Shown one piece after another: positions 5,837-10,465 of a stretch of 10,465 nt of DNA. A model generated the notes under the pieces. That model did not search any database. It saw only the letters and a list, made by a program, of their open reading frames with translations, and was not told the DNA's origin. The translations under genes and the position numbers were made by a program. Every line of letters starts with the position of its first letter. Position 1 is the first letter of the stretch. Source of the stretch: Chthoniobacteraceae bacterium (GTDB taxonomy: Bacteria; Verrucomicrobiota; Verrucomicrobiia; Chthoniobacterales; Chthoniobacteraceae). The stretch covers positions 1 to 10,465 of the forward strand of contig JANNXQ010000206.1 in the NCBI GenBank assembly GCA_031409655.1. The letters run 5' to 3'.

Positions 5837-8609
5837 TGCGGAGACCGCTCGCGATCGCATTGATCGAGAGCAGCAGATCGGGGAGCAGCTTTTCCGCGGC
5901 CGGCTCGTCGCCCGATTTGCGCAGGGAACGCCAGCGGCGGAGTAGCGCGATTTCCTGAAAGTGCAGGACGCGCAGCGCCTCGGCGCGGATCTCGAGCGTC
6001 TTGTGCATCCGCGGACGGCGGGCGGACATGGAGCCACCCCGCATTTTCTCCAGCATCGTCCTGGTGAGCTCCCACTCGGTGAGGATGAGGCTGAGGATGC
6101 GATCGCGCAGCGCGGGATCCTCGACAAGATCGGCATAGGCTCGCATCAGCTCAGCGTCGGAACTGGCGATGCTCGATTCGATATTCGTGAGGACGTAGTG
6201 GAGGAAAGGCCAAGTGCGGGTGTGGTCGGCGAGCTGGGTGATCTCGTCTGGCGTGAGCGCCGCCAGCGCACTCCCGGCACCGAACCAGCCGGGGACATAA
6301 AAGCGCGCCTGACTCCAACTGAAGACCCACGGGATGGCGCGGAGATCCGCGAGGCTCGGCTGCCCCGTCCGCCGCGAGGGACGCGAGCCGATGCGCGCAT
6401 TTTCCAAAGCATCGATGGGCGTGGCTTGCCGGTAAAATTCGAGGAAACCTTCCGCATCGATGAGCGTGCGGTAAGCAGAGCGGCTGGCCGCGCTGACCTT
6501 TTCCAGGAGCGGCGAGAGCGGGTGCGGGGCCGCTTCGCCGCGGGTGTGCCGGAGCGTGGTGGCGGCGACGCCGGCGGCGAGGAGTTCGAGATTGTAGGTC
6601 GCGGTGACGGCGTTGCCGAATTTCTGCGCGATGGTCTCGCCCTGTTCGGTGAGCTTCACGTCGCCGCCGAGCGAGCCGAGCGGCAGCGCATCGAGGAAAC
6701 GATGCGTCGGCCCGGCACCTCGGCTGACCGTGCCGCCGCGGCCATGGAAGAAGCGAATCTCGACGCCCATCTCGCGGCCGACGAGCGCGAGTTCACGTTG
6801 GGCCTTTTGCAGGCACCACTGGCTCGCCACGATACCCGCGTCCTTGTTGCTGTCGCTGTAGCCGACCATCACTTCCTGCACGAGTGGCAGCTTATCGCGC
6901 CCCCAATTCCAGCCGACAAACTCCAGCGAGCGGCGGGTCATGGGCTGCTCGAGAAACCGCCGGAGGATCTCCGGCGCAGCCTCGAGATCGTCGCCCGTTT
7001 CAAAAAGCGGGACGACCGGCAGGATGCACGCGAAACCTTCCGGCAGCATCCGCGTGAGCCCTGCTTCCCGCGCCAGCACATAGACCACGAGCAGATCGGA
7101 AAGACGGCGCGTCATGCTCACGATCAGTGCGCCGAGTCCATCCGCGCCGCAGCGCTCGAGGTGCGCGGCGAGCACCCGGTAGCAGCCGAGCACCGCATCC
7201 GCCTCGGCTCCGGCAGTGGCGCTCGGATGCAGGAACGGGCGCGGCGACTGCAACTCGCGCTCGAGGAAACGCAGGCGCTCCGCTTCACTCCAGTCCTCCC
7301 ACTGGCTGCCGTCGAGACCAGCAGCCGTCATGAGTTGGCCGAGCGCGCGGGCGTGGAAGACGGAATTCTGCCGCACATCAAGGCGGGCCAGATGAAAGCC
7401 GAAGACCTGCACTGCGCGCAGCACGGGCCGCACATCGGAATCCGCGAGTCGATGCGCGCCGATCTCGCACAGTGAATCGTAGAGGGCGCGCAGGTCGGCA
7501 TTGAGTTCCTCGGCGAATTGGTAGCGCCCGGCGCCTTCGCGCAACTGCGCCACGGAATGCAACGGCAACTCCACCGGCAGCCGCGCGAGCATCAGTTCCA
7601 CGCACTGGCGCCATGGCTCATCGTGGTTCGTGGAAAGGATCGCGCGTCCCGTTTCAACGAGCGAATCCGTGAGTCGCGTGCGCAGCGCGAGCAGTGCCGC
7701 TGGCGGGGTTTGCATGCAGGCGGAGAGGCTCAGCTTCGGCGCGAGCGCCTCGAGTTCCCGGCGCAAGACGACGAGGGCATTGGCGCGGAAACGTTCAAGA
7801 TTTTCCGCCGTGACGTCGGCGGTAACGCCGGGATGTCCATCGCGATCGCCACCGACCCAGGTGCCAAAGCGAACGAGCGGCAGGCGCGCGGGATCACGCA
7901 CCAGCGCGGGATCGAAGCCGGCCGCCGTCCAGGCGTGGCGGAGCCGGTCGTCGAGCTCCGGGAGCACCGCGGGGAAAACGTCGCGCAGGTAGTGCAGCAC
8001 GTTGCGGCGCTCGTCGGTGAGGGTCGGCTTTTCGAGCAGGATTTCGCCAGTGCGCCAGAGACGCTCCAGGGCGGACTTGGTTTTCTCGCGGATCGAGGCC
8101 TCGTCCGACGGGGAGCTATCGCCACGTTCCCGCGCAGCGAGCAATTGATAGAGCACGCGGTGCTGATCGAGCACGGCGAGGCGCTTGGCCTCCGTCGGGT
8201 GCGCGGTGAGCACCGGCTCGACCCGCACTTTTCCGAGCGCGGCGGCGATGGCGTCGGCAGCGATCCCGGATTTCTTCAAGCGCTCAATCTGATCGCCCCA
8301 GAGCCCGCGCTCGGCCGTCAGACCTTCGCTCGTTTCCCGGAGCGCGCGCATCGCGGCGGCGGCGTTTTCCTCGACCATGTTGAGGAGTTGAAACGCGACG
8401 GAGTAAACGAGCCCGAGCTGGGGCGGGAGTTCTTCGGAATCCGCCGGGGCGGGTCGCCCCGACCAAGGCAAATGGCGGGCGAGTTCGTGGTGACCGAGTT
8501 CGGCGAGCACTTCACCGAGGCAGCCGATGAGAAAGCACAAGTCGCGATCGATTTTTTCAAATCCGATCGCCACGTAATCTGGCACGGTGTTTCCCTGCAT
8601 CGTGTTCAT
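5826..8609 (-). CDS. ppc: Phosphoenolpyruvate carboxylase (bacterial type), about 927 aa
   Basis: Contains VLTAHPTE, FGTWVGGDRDGHP, LDVRQNS, VVPLFET, QEVMVGYSDSNKDAG, FHGRGGTVSRGAGP, TEQGE, IGSRPSRR, LRAIPWVFSWSQAR and C-terminal IASGLRTTG. Start could be 8609 or 8600. Confidence 0.99.
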   Translation of the reverse strand: MNTMQGNTVPDYVAIGFEKIDRDLCFLIGCLGEVLAELGHHELARHLPWSGRPAPADSEELPPQLGLVYSVAFQLLNMVEENAAAAMRALRETSEGLTAERGLWGDQIERLKKSGIAADAIAAALGKVRVEPVLTAHPTEAKRLAVLDQHRVLYQLLAARERGDSSPSDEASIREKTKSALERLWRTGEILLEKPTLTDERRNVLHYLRDVFPAVLPELDDRLRHAWTAAGFDPALVRDPARLPLVRFGTWVGGDRDGHPGVTADVTAENLERFRANALVVLRRELEALAPKLSLSACMQTPPAALLALRTRLTDSLVETGRAILSTNHDEPWRQCVELMLARLPVELPLHSVAQLREGAGRYQFAEELNADLRALYDSLCEIGAHRLADSDVRPVLRAVQVFGFHLARLDVRQNSVFHARALGQLMTAAGLDGSQWEDWSEAERLRFLERELQSPRPFLHPSATAGAEADAVLGCYRVLAAHLERCGADGLGALIVSMTRRLSDLLVVYVLAREAGLTRMLPEGFACILPVVPLFETGDDLEAAPEILRRFLEQPMTRRSLEFVGWNWGRDKLPLVQEVMVGYSDSNKDAGIVASQWCLQKAQRELALVGREMGVEIRFFHGRGGTVSRGAGPTHRFLDALPLGSLGGDVKLTEQGETIAQKFGNAVTATYNLELLAAGVAATTLRHTRGEAAPHPLSPLLEKVSAASRSAYRTLIDAEGFLEFYRQATPIDALENARIGSRPSRRTGQPSLADLRAIPWVFSWSQARFYVPGWFGAGSALAALTPDEITQLADHTRTWPFLHYVLTNIESSIASSDAELMRAYADLVEDPALRDRILSLILTEWELTRTMLEKMRGGSMSARRPRMHKTLEIRAEALRVLHFQEIALLRRWRSLRKSGDEPAAEKLLPDLLLSINAIASGLRTTG

Positions 8610-8681
8610 AAAATTGACCCTGGACCTTCTTGTGGCCGAGCACCCCGGTGCGCGGCAAGCAAAAGCGCGGGCGGTTTGAAA

Positions 8682-8720
8682 TTCCGGGGAGCACGGGCGA
8701 GACGCGGATGCTCCCCGGAA
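8682..8720 (-). terminator. Perfect 12-bp inverted repeat (15-nt loop) after the KH gene; terminator-like or REP-like
   Basis: TTCCGGGGAGCA (8682-8693) pairs with TGCTCCCCGGAA (8709-8720). On the minus strand it is followed by only TTT, a weak U-tract. Confidence 0.5.
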
Positions 8721-8731
8721 CTCGCCGTCCG

Positions 8732-8986
8732 TCAGCGGGCTGCCGGAGGCGGACCTTCTTCGACGATCTCCAGCGTGGCTTTTTCTCCGTGCCGCGCAGC
8801 CGCCGCGTTCAGAAGATTGCGGATCGCGATGATCGTGAGCCCGTGTTTACCGATCACCTTGCCCACGTCACTCTGGCGGAGGCGCAGACGGAAGGTGATG
8901 CGCTTCCCGACCGCCGTGCGCACGAGCACCATCTCGTCGGGGTAATCGACGAGCTGCCGGAGCACAAAGACGAGAAATTCCTCCAT
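8732..8986 (-). CDS. khpA: KH-domain RNA-binding protein, KhpA/YlqC (UPF0109) family, about 84 aa
   Basis: MEEFLVFVLRQLVDYPDEM...LRLRQSDVGKVIGKHGLTIIAIRNLLNAAA...LEIVE, with the GxxG KH loop. Alternative start at 8995. Confidence 0.9.
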   Translation of the reverse strand: MEEFLVFVLRQLVDYPDEMVLVRTAVGKRITFRLRLRQSDVGKVIGKHGLTIIAIRNLLNAAAARHGEKATLEIVEEGPPPAAR

Positions 8987-9120
8987 GGCGCACATGGGTA
9001 AGAGTTTGCGTGCGCGGGGTCAACTCACTGGTGAAGCATTTCGCCTCCGAATGCGTTCGCCGTCGCCGCACAGATGTCCCGGTTGGTCCGTCGCGTCATT
9101 CTCCTCGCTTCATGCGCCGC

Positions 9121-9378
9121 GCCGATCGGGGTCCAGCTTCCATGGAGCAGCGTCGTGCTCCACTCCGCATCGGAGGTGATGCCGCTCACGTCGGCGGGCT
9201 GCGGGAAGGTGGCCACGAAGTTCGGGCCGTTGCGCTGCGGTTGCGGGATTTGGCCGGGGTTGCTGAGCGTCGGGTTTAGGCCAAAGGCATACTTGAGCAG
9301 ATTCACTTTGCCGTCCTCTTTGTAGTCGTTGAGGTCGGCGCCGTTGCCGCTGTTCGCGATGCTGCCAAAGTAGATTTG
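9121..9378 (-). pseudogene. Degenerate fragment of an exported-protein C-terminal region
   Basis: QIYFGSIANSGNGADLNDYKEDGKVNLLKYAFGLNPT...FPQPADVSGITSDAEWSTTLLHGSWTPI resembles the W..YFG....D.D.DG..NLLEYAFGL.P...WST.L...W tails I recognise from verrucomicrobial secreted proteins. It has no credible start or signal peptide, and similarity stops abruptly after WTPI. Confidence 0.7.
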
Positions 9379-9441
9379 CCCGTGGCGTCGCTCTTGGCGC
9401 TTCTGACCTGGCACTTCTTTACGTCAGGCAATTTCGCGCTC

Positions 9442-9470
9442 TTGCCCAAATCGCGGGCTTGGTTCATCCT
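9442..9470 (+). promoter_or_regulatory. Putative promoter TTGCCC-N17-CATCCT for a leaderless hicB transcript
   Basis: -35-like box at 9442-9447 and -10-like box at 9465-9470; ATG9477 is 6 nt downstream; no SD. Confidence 0.45.
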
Positions 9471-9476
9471 TCGCTC

Positions 9477-9713
9477 ATGACAACGCCACTGAAAATCGTC
9501 GTCGAAAAGCACGCCGATGGCTACGTCGCGTATCCTCTCGGCCTTGCGCGTGGCGTGGTCGTCGGACAGGGCGATACCTACGAGGCGGCTTTGGCCGATG
9601 TGCGTTCCGCACTGGCCTTCCACATCGAGACCTTCGGTGCGGCGGCCCTGGCACCCGCAGAGGACGATCCGGTTCTGGAGGCTTTTGTCGCCGAGACCGC
9701 CGTTCCTGCTTGA
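9477..9713 (+). CDS. hicB: HicB family antitoxin (short form, no C-terminal DNA-binding domain), 78 aa
   Basis: LKIVVEKHADGYVAYPLGLARGVVVGQGDTYEAALADVRSALAFHIE matches the HicB partial RNase H fold signature (GxTxEEA-like), with an acidic tail. Confidence 0.9.
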   Translation: MTTPLKIVVEKHADGYVAYPLGLARGVVVGQGDTYEAALADVRSALAFHIETFGAAALAPAEDDPVLEAFVAETAVPA

Positions 9714-9735
9714 GCCACTTCGCAGCAGTTCCACC

Positions 9736-9975
9736 GTGGCCAAGTTTCCCGTCGATGCTCCCTACGACCGCGTCCTGCGCGCGCTCCAGGCACTCGGATT
9801 CGAGGTCGTCCGGAGGGGCAATCACATTTCGCTCGCCCGCACTGCGCCTGACGGCACCCTCACCCCGATGACGCTGCCAGGACACCGAACCATCAAAGGT
9901 TCGACGCTGCGGACAGCACTGACTCAGAGCGGCATTGCGCGCGACGACTTTATCCGGGCTTACGACGAAGCGTAG
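9736..9975 (+). CDS. hicA: HicA family toxin (dsRBD-fold mRNA interferase), 79 aa
   Basis: GTG9736 start. RVLRALQALGFEVVRRGNHISL...MTLPGHRTIKGSTLRTALTQSGIARDDF has the G-x-H catalytic motif, P-x-H and a TL..IL-like helix. Confidence 0.92.
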   Translation: MAKFPVDAPYDRVLRALQALGFEVVRRGNHISLARTAPDGTLTPMTLPGHRTIKGSTLRTALTQSGIARDDFIRAYDEA

Positions 9976-9998
9976 GGCGAGCGCGCCGGCAGGCCACT

Positions 9999-10038
9999 CG
10001 CCTTGGAGGGACGTACTCCGTCAAGTCCCTCCAAGGCG
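9999..10038. repeat. Perfect 14-bp inverted repeat (12-nt loop) between hicA and the convergent remnant; terminator- or REP-like
   Basis: CGCCTTGGAGGGAC (9999-10012) pairs with GTCCCTCCAAGGCG (10025-10038). No U-tract on either side. Confidence 0.65.
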
Positions 10039-10057
10039 CCCAGCCAGCGAGTAGGCG

Positions 10058-10150
10058 TTAGCGCCACACTCGCTCTCTGCCGGCCTGTGGGTTCGGGTCC
10101 GTCACCTTCAGCCGCAGGAAGAGCTTTGGCGCGGGGCCGATGGGGATGTT
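10058..10150 (-). pseudogene. Severed C-terminus of a gene interrupted by the IS630-like element
   Basis: Minus-strand frame from the TA junction reads NIPIGPAPKLFLRLKVTDPNPQAGRERVWR*. The IPIG..PKLFLRLKV segment resembles the terminal beta-strand motif of verrucomicrobial exported proteins. Confidence 0.65.
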
Positions 10151-10151
10151 A

Positions 10152-10465
10152 TACCACTTCGTTATAAACAACGGAGTTTATAGCCCTATACCCGCGCCAT
10201 GCCCCGAGCCCGCCAACCGATCGACATTTACCGCCAAGCCGCGCAAGTCCTTGAGCGGGAGTGCAGCGAACGCACGCCTTGGAAGAGGCAGCGGCTCCAA
10301 GCCATCCGCCTGGCGCTGGAGGGTAAGGAGAGTTACCGCCGGATCGCCGAGATCGTGCGCTGCACCAACAGCACCCTCTGCCAATGGCTGGGGTGGTTCC
10401 GCACGGGCGGCGTGGAGGAACTCCTGCGGCACGTCAACGGGGCCAAGGGCGGCAAGACGCCGCGC
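10152..10465 (+). mobile_element. IS630-family insertion sequence, left end (truncated by window edge)
   Basis: Abrupt AT-rich junction TA|TACCACTTCGTTATAAAC, consistent with the TA target of the IS630/Tc1/mariner family, followed by an HTH transposase ORF. The right end is not in the window, so the boundary is uncertain by about 2 nt. Confidence 0.75.
10199..10465 (+). CDS. IS630-family transposase N-terminal HTH region (3'-truncated); absent from the supplied ORF track
   Basis: MPRARQPIDIYRQAAQVLERECSERTPWKRQRLQAIRLALEGKESYRRIAEIVRCTNSTLCQWLGWFRTGGVEELLRHVNGAKGGKTPR shows the R-L-x-A-I-x-L...IA......T...W...F..GG.E.LL....G..P pattern. Confidence 0.85.
   Translation, partial: MPRARQPIDIYRQAAQVLERECSERTPWKRQRLQAIRLALEGKESYRRIAEIVRCTNSTLCQWLGWFRTGGVEELLRHVNGAKGGKTPR

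Noticed and set aside
5961..8945. Long plus-strand ORFs 5961..7475 (504 aa) and 7518..8945 (475 aa)
   Set aside because: Antisense shadows of ppc and khpA, expected in GC-rich DNA; no recognisable motifs.
9025..9414. 129-aa ORF as an intact gene
   Set aside because: Only the central part looks like real protein, the flanks appear random and there is no signal peptide; treated as a remnant.
9403..9427. CTGAC-N15-GTCAG inverted repeat upstream of hicB as an operator
   Set aside because: Only 5-bp arms, it lies upstream of the predicted -35, and this HicB has no DNA-binding domain.
9517..9735. N-terminal extension of HicA (152-aa call) overlapping hicB
   Set aside because: Off-frame read through hicB; the HicA domain starts at GTG9736 and has the typical size.
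10178..10432. 84-aa minus-strand ORF
   Set aside because: Antisense shadow of the transposase.
1..10465. CRISPR array, tRNA, rRNA or integron attC array
   Set aside because: No regularly spaced repeats, cloverleaf or rRNA-like sequence seen; the hairpins differ from each other and no integrase is present.

Overview
GC-rich bacterial window, most likely Verrucomicrobiota (inferred from protein style and a recognisable C-terminal domain; not verified). Left to right it holds: (1) the core yceD(DUF177, partial)-rpmF-plsX cluster, with no fabH following; (2) a minus-strand envelope-stress module: ECF sigma factor, single-TM anti-sigma candidate, Met-rich LTXXQ (Spy/CpxP-like) protein and an exported hypothetical; (3) a thioredoxin-like [2Fe-2S] ferredoxin, a small PKL-fold kinase, an exported transglutaminase-like Cys-His-Asp protein, ppc and an orphan KhpA-like KH protein; (4) a decayed accessory patch with two remnants of an exported-protein C-terminal domain flanking a hicBA toxin-antitoxin pair, and the left end of an IS630-family element inserted at TA into one remnant. 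The strongest signal is two copies of an ECF-type promoter motif, GTAACC-N16-CGTT-N9-ATG. One copy leads directly into the exported gene. The other leads into an out-of-frame 10-codon Cys-rich ORF (MPCADAPCCP) that overlaps the sigma start. All family calls are from motif recognition by eye; no searches were run.
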